The notes beneath the pieces are model-generated. The model was not told where the DNA came from, made no database searches, and saw only the letters and a list, made by a program, of their open reading frames with translations. Source: an uncultured Planctomycetales bacterium (GTDB lineage Bacteria; Planctomycetota; Phycisphaerae; UBA1845; Fen-1342). Taken from it: a DNA stretch of 64,000 bases. Shown here in pieces: positions 29,935-39,436 of this stretch; position 1 is the stretch's first letter; each line of letters begins with the position of its first letter. The stretch covers positions 29,308 through 93,307 of the forward strand of contig CAZWYT010000004.1 of assembly GCA_964638325.1 (NCBI GenBank). The letters run 5' to 3'. A program made the position numbers and the translations under genes.

Positions 29935-30656
29935 GCCCGGCAACCCGCGCGAATCGTCGCCGCGCGTGCGACTCCCGGCGAAGCTCCGTCCACGAAGACG
30001 ACCTCCGATCACTGCTCGTCCCATTCATAGTACGTGCGCCCGAGCTTCAGTTTCCGGTGGACCACGGCGTAATGGTCGTCACCGACGAGCGCGCGCGCAA
30101 TCGGCGGGGCTTCCGACCGCGTTTCGCGGGCCGCCAACCGGTCGCCGCGGCCCCCCTGCCGCAATCGGAGGTTGTTCAGCGCCGCGGCATGATTCTGGCT
30201 GTGCTTCCCGCATGGCTCCCGCAAGTCTCAATTGCGGCGCGCCGACCGTGGTACCGTACCAATGTCTGGTGTGTGCGTCGCGGACATGCTCAACACCTCG
30301 CGTGTCCAGAGCATTCGCCACCGGGTTCTGTCACTCCGCCTCACAGGGTCGGGTCGCAAAAAGATCATGCAAACCTTGTTCCACGCGTTTCAACAAGCCG
30401 CATAGAGTGCAAGCGTTGAACTTAGGGGGGACTACAGGGGGGTCGTTGCGACCGACGACCCTCGCTTAGCCCCTCCCGGACAGTGAGGGGAGTCGTGCTG
30501 CGCCTGCCGACTCTGTCACACGCCGCCGGCGCCGGTTATGAGAATTCATCCGGATTCGAATAGGCGCCCGCCGCGGATGGGGTACTCTTTACATGGTGCA
30601 AGGGCGTGTCCGCCCGGCCAATGCAGGGGCGGGCCATCCCACCAGCGAGGTGCCAC

Positions 30657-31340
30657 ATGCTCGAAAGCAGCCTTCTGGGTCTGGTCCTGGCGGACAGCGC
30701 GGCGGTCCTGACCGCCGTTTACTGGGCCTGCCTCATCGCCGGCGGCGGGCTATTGCTGTTCTCCCTGCTGGCCGGGGGCGACCACGGGAATGTGGACGTG
30801 GATGCCCATGCGGGCTTGGATTTCCACGCCGACGGAGGCGTCGACACCCTGCACGCCGACGCCGGACATGCCGATGTCGGCCATGCGGCCCACGACCATC
30901 CGGCCGCCGGTCTGTCGACCTGGTTCTCGATTCGCTTTATGGTGTTCTTCGTCGCCGTGTTCGGCGCCGTCGGTGTCGTCCTGACGCACCTGAGCGGCGC
31001 GCCGACCGGTACGACGTTCGCGGTCGCGCTCGCCGCCGGAGCCCTGATCGGTCAGGCCGTCCACCATTTGTTCCGCGCGATCCGGCGCACGGCGGGCGAC
31101 AGCACCCCCCAACCACAGGACTACGTCAACAAGCTGGCGCGCGTGACGATCGCCATTGAGCCGCCGCAGATCGGCGAGGTCTCCTTGCAGGTGCGGCAGG
31201 GGGAGCGTTTTGTGCCCGCGACGGCGGTGGACGCGCACACGAAGTTCAACATCGGTGACGAGGTCGTCGTCGTGACGTATCGTGGTGGGATCGCGCAGGT
31301 CGTCTCAAAGGAGCAGTTCGAGCCGTCGCGCTCGGCCTAA
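30657..31340 (+). CDS. NfeD-like membrane protein (flotillin/stomatin operon partner) with His/Asp-rich insert
   Basis: N-terminal TM helices, unusual HxD-rich segment (GDHGNVDVDAHAGLDFHADGGVDTLHADAGHADVGHAAHDHP), C-terminal OB-fold-like NfeD domain (GEVSLQVRQGERFVPATAVD...IGDEVVVV). Immediately precedes flotillin. Confidence 0.6.
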   Translation: MLESSLLGLVLADSAAVLTAVYWACLIAGGGLLLFSLLAGGDHGNVDVDAHAGLDFHADGGVDTLHADAGHADVGHAAHDHPAAGLSTWFSIRFMVFFVAVFGAVGVVLTHLSGAPTGTTFAVALAAGALIGQAVHHLFRAIRRTAGDSTPQPQDYVNKLARVTIAIEPPQIGEVSLQVRQGERFVPATAVDAHTKFNIGDEVVVVTYRGGIAQVVSKEQFEPSRSA

Positions 31341-31351
31341 GGAGGATTTCC

Positions 31352-32650
31352 ATGAGCGTCGGGATCGTGCTGGGCGTCATCGGTCTGGTCGTGTTCCTCG
31401 TGGTACTGTCCACGATAGCCAAGCTCGTGGTCCGCGGGCAGCCCAACGAGATGCTGATCATCAGCGGTCGCCGGCAACGCGACGGCCTGGGCTATCGCAC
31501 GCTCATCGGCGGCTCCACCCTCGTCTGGCCCATCATCGAGCAGGTCGCCCGCCTGAGCCTGCGCAACATGCAGGTGCCGCTGGAGGTCAAGGCCCAGGCC
31601 GGCGGCGGCACGATGATGCCGGTCAACGTCAACGGCGTGGCCAACGTGAAGGTCTCTTCGGATCCGGCCGAGCGGGCCAATGCGATCGAGCGCTTCCTGG
31701 GTCAGCCGCTCGAGCAGCTCCAGCGCGTCGCCAAGGAGACGCTCGAAGGCGGGCTGCGGGCCGTGATCGGCAAGATGACACCCGAAGAGATCGTCGGCGA
31801 TCGCGACAAGTTCGTGGCGACGGTCATGCGCGAGGTGGCCGAGGACTTCCGCAAGCTGGGCCTGCTGATCGACAGCGTGGTCATTCAGAACGTGCACGAC
31901 GAGGAAGAATACCTGGTCTCGATCGCCCGCAAGGCGCGGGCCGAGGTGATCTCGGCCGCCCGCAAGGCCGAGGCCGAGCGCGCCGCCGAGGCCGTCACCA
32001 AGGAAGCCGAGGCCAACGCCACCGCGCGTAAGGCGAAAGCCGACCGCGACGCCGAGGCCAAGCTGGTCGAGGCGGCGGGGCGGCAGAAGGCCGAGCAGGC
32101 CCGCCTGGGCGCCGATAAGGCCATCGCCGAGTCGGAGACCGCGCTGCGGGTGCGCAAGGCGCAACTCGCCCGCGAGGCCGCGCTCGCCGAGGCCGAGCAG
32201 CAGAAAGCCGAGGCTTTCGTGGAGCAGGCGCGGCTGACGGCGACGGAGGTCGCGAAGGCGATCGCCGACCGTGACGTGGCGAAAGCCAAGGCCGAAGGCG
32301 ATGCGGCCACGACACTCGAGGAAGGCAAGGCCCGCGCCGGCGCAATCGAGCAGATTGGCCAGGCGATTCAACGAAACCCCGAAGCGCTCAAGGTCATGCT
32401 GGTGGAAATGATGCCCAACGTCGTGCAGGAGTTGGCCAAGGCGGTGCAGGGCGTGCACCTGGGCCACGTCACGGTTATCGACAACGGCAGCGGCCAAGCG
32501 TTGGCCGGGGCCGCCTTGAGCCGCGCGCGGATGCTCTCGGAATCCCTCGCCGCCGTCGAATCGGTGCTGGGCGTCGACCTGCGGCAACTGTCGCAGAGCA
32601 TCGCGCAGAATATGACCGGAAAACCGGTCGCGGTCGCCCAAAAGACGTAG
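31352..32650 (+). CDS. flotillin-like SPFH/band-7 protein (YqiK/FloT-type)
   Basis: N-terminal TM, SPFH domain, long Ala/Glu/Lys-rich coiled coil (EA repeats: AEAERAAEAVTKEAEANATARKAKADRDAEAKL...), C-terminal flotillin tail. Confidence 0.8.
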   Translation: MSVGIVLGVIGLVVFLVVLSTIAKLVVRGQPNEMLIISGRRQRDGLGYRTLIGGSTLVWPIIEQVARLSLRNMQVPLEVKAQAGGGTMMPVNVNGVANVKVSSDPAERANAIERFLGQPLEQLQRVAKETLEGGLRAVIGKMTPEEIVGDRDKFVATVMREVAEDFRKLGLLIDSVVIQNVHDEEEYLVSIARKARAEVISAARKAEAERAAEAVTKEAEANATARKAKADRDAEAKLVEAAGRQKAEQARLGADKAIAESETALRVRKAQLAREAALAEAEQQKAEAFVEQARLTATEVAKAIADRDVAKAKAEGDAATTLEEGKARAGAIEQIGQAIQRNPEALKVMLVEMMPNVVQELAKAVQGVHLGHVTVIDNGSGQALAGAALSRARMLSESLAAVESVLGVDLRQLSQSIAQNMTGKPVAVAQKT

Positions 32651-32724
32651 CGCCAAGGAACCCGAGCCGCGACCGTAAGCGAGCGGGTTACACGTCACCA
32701 TGCCCAAGCCGAAGGAGCGGGCGG

Positions 32725-34209
32725 CTAGACCCGCAGCGCCGGCGACCGTGCCGCTGTCTTACCGGCGCGCGTCAGTAGTGGCCGGACATGCTGGCGGAGG
32801 TAGTCGCGCGTCTGCTGCGGCGCGAGGCCGACGTAACGGCGCGCGTCGAAAATACTTGCCCACTTGATTCTCGCGAACGCCGGATCGGCCTTCAGCCGAT
32901 CGATCAGGTCGTTCGGTCCGCCCGCCCGTTTGACCTGCATCCCCGCCGCCTGGGCGTGCCGACGGATGCGCTCATGGAGCTCCTGCCGATCGCCGCCCCG
33001 CGCGACGGCTTCCATCAGGATTTCCTCGGTGCCAATGAACGGCAGCTCGGCTGCGATGTGCGCCTGGATCATGGCCGGGTAGACGACCAGGCCGTCGAAG
33101 ATGTTGTGCAGCAGAATCCCCAGCGCATCAGCAGCGAGAAACGCCTCCGGCACCACCAGCCGCTTATTACTCGAATCGTCGAGCGTGCGCTCGAAGGCCT
33201 GGGCCCCAAGCGTCATGAGCGGCGAGCTCGCCAGGCTGACCAGGTAGCGGGCCAGCCCCGTCGCCCGCTCACAGCGCATCGGGTTGCGCTTGTACGGCAT
33301 CGCCGAGCTGCCGACCTGCGACTGCTCGAACGGCTCCTCGATTTCCTTGAGCATGGCCAGCAGGCGGATGTCGTTGCAGATCTTCTGGGCAGTGGCGGCG
33401 AAGGAGGCCAGTGCCGAGACCATCTCGATGTCCACCTTTCGCGAGTACGTCTGCCCGCAAACCGGGTAGCACTCCTTGAACCCGAGCTTTCGGGCGAACG
33501 AGCCCTCCAGCCGGCGCACTTTCGTCGCACTGCCCAGCAGGTTCAGGAAGGACGCCTGCGTGCCGGTCGCCCCGCGCAGGCCGCGACACCGCAGCCCGCC
33601 GTGCACCGCCTCCAGACGCTCGAAATCCGCCACGAGGTCCGCCAGCCACAAGCAGCCTCGTTTGCCCACCGTGGTGAGCTGAGCTGGCTGCAGGTGCGTA
33701 AAGCCGAGCGTCGGCAAGTCGGCGTACTTCTCGCAGAACCGCGCCAGGACCCCGATGACGCCCTGCAAGCGCTGCTGCAGCAGCGCCAGGGCACGCCGCA
33801 TCAGTATCAGGTCGGCATTATCGACAATGTCCATGCTCGTCGCGCCAAGGTGGATGATGCCGCGCGCCGCGGGCGCCGCATCCCCAAAGGCGTGGATGTG
33901 GGCCATGACGTCGTGGCGGAACTTGCGCTCGTACTCGGCGGCGACGCGGAAGTCGATGTCCTCCACGGCGCGCTCCAGCGCGCGGACCTGCGCCGCGCGG
34001 ATCGGCAGGCCCAGCTCGCGCTCCGCCTGCGCCAGCGCCACCCAAATCCGCCGCCAGGTCGAACAACGCGACTGCGGACTCCACAGCCGGATCATGTCCG
34101 CCGACGCGTAGCGTGAGACCAACGGGTGCTCATACTCGTCCTGCGGCGGCTTACGCCGCGTGTGCTGCGGGTGGGCGCGGGCGTGCGGCTTCCGGTGGAT
34201 GGGGGGCAT
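32725..34209 (-). CDS. purB: adenylosuccinate lyase (eukaryote-like long form)
   Basis: YEHPLVSRYAS N-terminal signature, fumarate-lyase signature region GSSAMPYKRNP, 494 aa. Confidence 0.85.
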   Translation of the reverse strand: MPPIHRKPHARAHPQHTRRKPPQDEYEHPLVSRYASADMIRLWSPQSRCSTWRRIWVALAQAERELGLPIRAAQVRALERAVEDIDFRVAAEYERKFRHDVMAHIHAFGDAAPAARGIIHLGATSMDIVDNADLILMRRALALLQQRLQGVIGVLARFCEKYADLPTLGFTHLQPAQLTTVGKRGCLWLADLVADFERLEAVHGGLRCRGLRGATGTQASFLNLLGSATKVRRLEGSFARKLGFKECYPVCGQTYSRKVDIEMVSALASFAATAQKICNDIRLLAMLKEIEEPFEQSQVGSSAMPYKRNPMRCERATGLARYLVSLASSPLMTLGAQAFERTLDDSSNKRLVVPEAFLAADALGILLHNIFDGLVVYPAMIQAHIAAELPFIGTEEILMEAVARGGDRQELHERIRRHAQAAGMQVKRAGGPNDLIDRLKADPAFARIKWASIFDARRYVGLAPQQTRDYLRQHVRPLLTRAGKTAARSPALRV

Positions 34210-34215
34210 GGCCGG

Positions 34216-35406
34216 TCACTCCTCCAGCGCTTGGCGTACATCGTCTACCAGGTCGTCGGTCGATTCGAGCCCGGCGTGCAGCCGGATGATCCACGGCGGC
34301 TCGTCGGGATTGTCGGCGAAGAGGTCGCTGCTGCGCCCGCCCACTACCAGGCTCTCGTAGCCGCCCCAACTGCAACCGATGCTGAAAACGCGCAGCCGGT
34401 TCACAAACCGATGGGTCGCCTCGCGCGTCTGATCACGCAGCGCGAAGCTGAACAGGCCGCCATAGCCGCGCATCTGCCTTTGGGCGACCGCGTGTTGCGC
34501 GTACGACTCCAGCCCGGGATGGTACACACGCAGCACCGCCGCGTGTCCCGCCAGCATCCGGGCCAGCGCCAGCCCGCTGCGCTGATGCTGCTCCATCCGC
34601 AGGGCCAGCGTGCGCAACCCCCGGATGAGCAGCCACGCCGCAAAGGGGTCGATCGAGGCCCCCAGCAGCTCGGCCTCCCCGCACAGCCGCTGCCGCAGTT
34701 GCTCGTCACGTCCGACGACCACGCCGCCGAGCGTGTCGCTATGCCCGCTAATGAACTTGGTCGCGCTGTGCACGACCAGATCGACGCCCAACTCGAGCGG
34801 CTGCTGGAAGTAGGGCGAAGACCACGAATTGTCGAGGATGGTGGTGATGCGGCGCTGACGGGCCGCGGCGATGATCGGGGCCAAGTCGAGCACGTCGAAG
34901 CGCCCGGAGGTCGGGCTTTCGAGGTAGATCAGCCGCGTCTCGTCGCGCACCGCCGCCACGAAGTCCTCCGGGTTCGTGCCCCGCACGAACGTCACCTGCA
35001 CGTCGAACCGGCTCAGATACTCGGTCAAGTAGCGCCGCGCGGGCTGGTAGCAGTCCGAGACCACGACGGCGTGCGCATCCGTCGCCAGACAGAGGTTCAT
35101 CGCTGCGGTGATCGCTCCCATCCCCGACGCGAAACAGCGCGCCCAGCTCCCATGCTCCAGCCGGGCCAGTTTGGCCTCGAGGATCGCCGTCGTCGGGTTG
35201 CTCCGCCGGGTGTAGACATAGTACGGCGTGTCCGGACGATCCCGGCCCTCAAAGGCCTCCGCATCCGGGTAGACAAACGTGGAAGCCTGGTAGATCGGCG
35301 GAGCGGCGCCGCCGCCGTGAATGAGCCGGTGCTCGCCGTAGTGGGCACACAGGGTCGGGAAACCGCCGTCGTCACGCGAGTCACGAACAGGCACGCGCTG
35401 ATTCAA
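34216..35406 (-). CDS. Cys/Met-metabolism PLP-dependent enzyme (cystathionine gamma-synthase/beta-lyase or methionine gamma-lyase)
   Basis: PLP-lysine context HSATKFISGHSDTLGG, N-terminal HGG...PPIYQASTF, typical ~396 aa length. Confidence 0.8.
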   Translation of the reverse strand: MNQRVPVRDSRDDGGFPTLCAHYGEHRLIHGGGAAPPIYQASTFVYPDAEAFEGRDRPDTPYYVYTRRSNPTTAILEAKLARLEHGSWARCFASGMGAITAAMNLCLATDAHAVVVSDCYQPARRYLTEYLSRFDVQVTFVRGTNPEDFVAAVRDETRLIYLESPTSGRFDVLDLAPIIAAARQRRITTILDNSWSSPYFQQPLELGVDLVVHSATKFISGHSDTLGGVVVGRDEQLRQRLCGEAELLGASIDPFAAWLLIRGLRTLALRMEQHQRSGLALARMLAGHAAVLRVYHPGLESYAQHAVAQRQMRGYGGLFSFALRDQTREATHRFVNRLRVFSIGCSWGGYESLVVGGRSSDLFADNPDEPPWIIRLHAGLESTDDLVDDVRQALEE

Positions 35407-35499
35407 GTCCTGCTCCTTGCCACCCGGGTTCTATTGCTGCCACGCCGCGCCTGCGCCAATGCCACCATACCAGGAACTTGCTCGTTTTGCGCTCCCCGG

Positions 35500-36621
35500 T
35501 CAAGCCGGCGCGGACCGGGCCGGCCGGGCAAAGAAGTCCACGTGCGGCAACAGCTCGGCGGCGCGTTGAAACACGATCTCGTTACAGCCCTGCCACCGAC
35601 ACATCCGCGCCTGCCGCTGCGGCCACGAGGGCTCAGCCGTCAGTCGGCGATAGTCACGCCCCAGATCGCAGCGTAGCCGCTGTGCCAACGGCGGCACAGG
35701 AAAGTCCGACCCGAACAGCAGTTTCCGGTGCAACTCCTGTCGCCGCACCAACTGCCGCAGGAATCCGGTCTTCACCCAGGTCGTCAGGGCCGCGATGTCT
35801 GCATACAAGGGAGCGTCCGCAAACTCCCCCCCGAGCGCCTCTAGGAGGGCGTGGTGCGAATCGCGATCGCCGAAGGGCGAAACCGGCGTCGCGGCGTGCG
35901 GCACGATCGTGCACGGCATGTTGCCCGCGTGGCGTAGCTCGCGCAGCGCCGTCAGCAGCGGTCGGACTGAACGATGCTCCGGCCGCTGTGTCGTCAGCGT
36001 AAACTCATCGCCGCAATGCACGAGCACCGGCAAACCCAGTTCCGCGCACGTGCGCAGCACCGCGCGCGTCCGCGGGTCGGCGAGGTTGATGTTCTGATGT
36101 AGCGGAATCCACTTGAGCAGGCACGCCCCGGCGGCGAAGATCTCCTCGACGCAGGCGACCGCGTTCGGCCGATACGGATGGACCGATGCGCCGAAGAGGA
36201 ACCGCTGCGGGTGACGTCGACACAGGTCCCGCACGAAGCTGTTCGACGTATACATGTCGCTGCCCAGGTCAGCCCGCGAGTGCGGCAGCGGCGGGCACTG
36301 CCCGTCGTCAGTGCGCACCGCATCGAACGCCAACAGCACAAATCGTTCGATGGGGCCAGCGGCGTGGAGGTGCTGCTCATACTCGGCCGCCAGGCGGCGG
36401 TCCAGCTCGGCGTCGCCTCGCGGCAGTCGCAGCCACCAGCGCGCTGCACGCCAGCTCCAGCGGCGCAGCGCGCGGGGGGAGACACAGGAGTCGTATTCGG
36501 TCGGCCGTGCTGCGTGCCCGCCGTCCGTGGCCTGCGGGGGCCCCGGTTCGAAGCTGAACCGATCGGCGACCACGGCCGGCCGGCGCGTCAGCGTATAGTG
36601 GCAATGAATGTCAATGATCAT
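35500..36621 (-). CDS. amidohydrolase-2 family TIM-barrel metal-dependent hydrolase
   Basis: MIIDIHCHY N-terminal metal-binding HxH, LKWIPLHQNINLADP, VLVHCGDEF. 373 aa. Confidence 0.6.
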   Translation of the reverse strand: MIIDIHCHYTLTRRPAVVADRFSFEPGPPQATDGGHAARPTEYDSCVSPRALRRWSWRAARWWLRLPRGDAELDRRLAAEYEQHLHAAGPIERFVLLAFDAVRTDDGQCPPLPHSRADLGSDMYTSNSFVRDLCRRHPQRFLFGASVHPYRPNAVACVEEIFAAGACLLKWIPLHQNINLADPRTRAVLRTCAELGLPVLVHCGDEFTLTTQRPEHRSVRPLLTALRELRHAGNMPCTIVPHAATPVSPFGDRDSHHALLEALGGEFADAPLYADIAALTTWVKTGFLRQLVRRQELHRKLLFGSDFPVPPLAQRLRCDLGRDYRRLTAEPSWPQRQARMCRWQGCNEIVFQRAAELLPHVDFFARPARSAPA

Positions 36622-37414
36622 CGGGACGTTCGCGGTCCGCCCAGCGGGCCAGGTCGTCAGCCAGGTTCACCGGGGCTTCGTGGCTCGCACGCAAGCTGCG
36701 GTAATCCCGCCCGCCGGCACGGAAGGGCCGCCGCAACAAGAGCACTGTGATGACCAGCCCGACCGCGATCACGCCCACCGGCCAGCGCCAATCGAGCGCG
36801 CCCGTCTGGGCCGCGCGCGGCACGGAGCGATCGACGGTCGTCGGGCCGGCGGCGACCAGCAGCGCGGCCTGCTGCACCCGCTTCGACGGGCCATAGTACG
36901 CCCGGATCATCACGAAATAGCCCGTCACGGTCACGGTGGCGTTCAACGGGATGTCCGCCACGTTCTCGGTAAAAATCACCGTGCAGGCCAGCGGCTGGTC
37001 CGCGCGCGATAGCTCGAGCTGCGAGACCAGCCCAAGCTCGGGGCGGCTCTCCAGTGCGTAGGGGGCCTTGTTGCGGCCAACGACGCCCATGATCGTCACC
37101 GGCCGGCCGCGGAAATCGTTGGGCCGCTCCAGCAAGTCACGCCAGTCCGTGACCTCCACTGGCGTTTGCATGTAGCCTGGCGAGCGTGGACTCCGCTTGA
37201 CGTACTCGAGCGCCGCATAGAAGCCGGGCTGGTCGAAATCGAACGCGAAATCCCGCGCCTGGGTGAGTGCCGCACGCACGCTCTCAGGCAGCTCCCACCC
37301 CTCCGCCTGTGTGGCCGGTTCCGAGGTCTGCGCAGCGGCCGAAAACGTCCACAGGCCGACGAGCGCCGGCAGCGCAAGCCCACGGTCACTCAATAGTCGC
37401 CGTCCGCGTCCCAT
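36611..37414 (-). CDS. hypothetical exported protein (overlaps downstream amidohydrolase start by 11 nt)
   Basis: Signal-peptide-like N-terminus (LALPALVGLWTFSAAAQT), C-terminal TM segment (WPVGVIAVGLVITVLLL). No recognisable catalytic motif. Confidence 0.4.
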   Translation of the reverse strand: MGRGRRLLSDRGLALPALVGLWTFSAAAQTSEPATQAEGWELPESVRAALTQARDFAFDFDQPGFYAALEYVKRSPRSPGYMQTPVEVTDWRDLLERPNDFRGRPVTIMGVVGRNKAPYALESRPELGLVSQLELSRADQPLACTVIFTENVADIPLNATVTVTGYFVMIRAYYGPSKRVQQAALLVAAGPTTVDRSVPRAAQTGALDWRWPVGVIAVGLVITVLLLRRPFRAGGRDYRSLRASHEAPVNLADDLARWADRERPDDH

Positions 37415-37992
37415 GGGTAGCTCGGGACCGAGGTGGCCGGACCGCTCGCAGGCCCCGCCTCGTCCACCACCGGCTGCAGGTCCGACGGCGCCGGGGCCAT
37501 CCGCAACTCGCCCTCTTCCTCAAACACGAGAATGGCCACGCGGCTGTTGTCGCCACGCCGCAACGCGACCCGGCGGTGCGGCAGAAACTCGACCTGGCTG
37601 ATGACGCGGTAGGTGGGCCCAGACACCCCGGGCAACTCAGTCGGCTCGATCGACTCAATTGTCAGCGACCGCAGCGAATTGAGGATCTTCTCGAAGCGGG
37701 CCCGGCTTTCCGGGTCGGCCAGCCGCGAGACCATGCGGCGATACGCCGCGTAGTCGCCGGCCAGCGAGGTTTCCATGAAGCGCCGGAGGAAGTCAGCCAC
37801 GTTTGGGTGCGCGTCCTCCAGGCCGGCGGCAAAGGTGTACTCGGGCTTCGGCGTCAGGGGCTCGACCTGATCCTGGGCCTGAGTCGTCGGCGCACGTTGG
37901 GCGGGCGTCTTCCCGCGCTCGCAACCGGCCGACCAACCGATCAGCAGGATCGCGAGCGAGCCCAAGACCTGCCGCTGCCAGATTCGTCGCAT
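37390..37992 (-). CDS. hypothetical lipoprotein
   Basis: ATG at 37992 gives MRRIWQRQVLGSLAILLIGWSAGC (lipobox L-I-G-W-S-A-G-C). Overlaps downstream gene by 25 nt. Confidence 0.45.
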   Translation of the reverse strand: MRRIWQRQVLGSLAILLIGWSAGCERGKTPAQRAPTTQAQDQVEPLTPKPEYTFAAGLEDAHPNVADFLRRFMETSLAGDYAAYRRMVSRLADPESRARFEKILNSLRSLTIESIEPTELPGVSGPTYRVISQVEFLPHRRVALRRGDNSRVAILVFEEEGELRMAPAPSDLQPVVDEAGPASGPATSVPSYPWDADGDY

Positions 37993-38504
37993 CGTCGAGC
38001 ACTCCCTGGCGCAACGCTCGGCGCAGATGCTACCGCGGGCGGCAGGAATTGGCCAATCGCACTCCGCGTGGCTGGGACATCTGGAGGCTCCTATCATCTA
38101 ATAAGACCGCCGCAAGACAATATCTCCGGCGGCAGACGGACCAGGAGCGGGCCGCCTGGTTCGATGACCGGCGCGACATGTCGGTCGGCCATGGTGCATG
38201 TTTGCTCAGCCCGGGACCGCAGGCTAAGCGCCGCGGCGTACGGCTCCAGCAGTGATGACTGGTTCCCCAGGACTGTCGGTTTCGGCGCGGGCAGGCTCTG
38301 GTCGGGATCCGGTAGCGGCTCATTGGTTCCTGCCGGGTGCGCTCCGGAGGAGGAAGCGTTCGCGGTTCCTGGCCCATCCTGCTCAATCCGGGCCTGTCGC
38401 CGCCGAGGCGATCGGCCCGGCGCCGTTACCGGCTCTCTTCGTGGCGTGCAAAACGCGCCCTTTCTTATCCTCTTCTCCACCTGCTATGATAGGCAGACTG
38501 GCTC

Positions 38505-38579
38505 CGGGGCGTAGCTCAGTCTGGCTAGAGCGCGTGGTTTGGGTCCACGAGGTCGCAAGTTCGAGTCTTGTCGCCCCGA
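38505..38579 (+). tRNA. tRNA-Pro (anticodon TGG)
   Basis: Cloverleaf folded by hand: acceptor CGGGGCG/CGCCCCG, D-arm GCTC...GAGC, anticodon stem CGTGG/CCACG with loop TTTGGGT, T-arm GCAAG-TTCGAGT-CTTGT, discriminator A. No encoded CCA. Confidence 0.85.
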
Positions 38580-38761
38580 TTCAGAAGGTCGTTGTGAGCC
38601 CGAGGCTCACAGTGTTAATTCCGGTGCTGTCCCGGCGTGTGCCGCCAAGTTCCGCCGACGTGCAAAACCGCATCTGCCCAGAGTAGGTGGAGTTCCCTCA
38701 TGAACGCCCGTCGCGTGGCAAGCGCCTATCTTTTTCCGCAGGGTGGGCGGGCGGGCCCCTG

Positions 38762-39091
38762 CTACTCACCGCCGCGCCAGATTCGAACCGTGCTATCGCC
38801 TGAGCTCGAGATGATTCGCGAACCATCGGCGCTGATTGCGACCCCCGACAGCAGGTAGCCGTGACCGTGAAGGGCCGTGGCCTCCTCGCCGCTGGCCACG
38901 TCCCACACGCGCAACGTCCGATCGTCTCCGCCCGAGATGATGCGCGACCCGTCGGGACTGAATGCGAGGCAGCGGACCGCAGCGGCGTGCCCGCGCAGCG
39001 TGCAAACCTCAAGCCAGGAATCGCAAGCCCAGATCTTGATCGTGTTGTCGTCCGCGCCCGATGCGAGCCAACGGCCGGACGGCTTAGCCAC
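38762..39091 (-). pseudogene. orphan WD40-repeat fragment (about 2.5 blades), likely remnant of a Ser/Thr-kinase-WD40 gene
   Basis: 109-aa ORF with canonical WD40 units (GHAAAVRCLAFSPDGSRIISGGDDRTLRVWDV ... GHGYLLSGVAISADGSRIISSSGDSTVRIW) but no kinase or N-terminal domain. Resembles WD40 tail of CDS 59339..62821. Confidence 0.5.
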
Positions 39092-39436
39092 GGAACGTAC
39101 CGCGGCCTTGCCGCCTGCCTATGGTGCATGGCTATTTCGTGGCTCGTGGCAGTCAACATTCACCTGAGCCGGCTACCGGGCAGGGCACCATACGCCGTCA
39201 TAGCTTATTCTCCACGCACCTGGGAGAAAGACGAGAGCGAAGCGTTTAAGGACCTACCGTGCATGACGATCTGGACGAGCGGTTCCCAAGCAGGGACTCT
39301 GGAAGTCCGTGTATATCCCGCACTAACGCCCAAGATAGTACAGGAAGCACGAGAGCGCCTTGAGCAACTCGGATGCCAAGTAACGAAAGTTACGCTCAAG
39401 GGGCGCTGATGCACGGTATACTACACGTACTACGCG

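Noticed and set aside
31337-32707. 456-aa ORF on - strand
   Set aside because: Antisense to the flotillin gene. Leu/Gly/Arg-rich repeats mirror the sense-strand Ala/Glu coiled coil.
32788-34116. 442-aa ORF on + strand; 34126..35676 + (516 aa); 37267..38514 + (415 aa)
   Set aside because: Antisense to purB, the PLP enzyme/amidohydrolase and the lipoprotein operon respectively. Arg-rich, no motifs.
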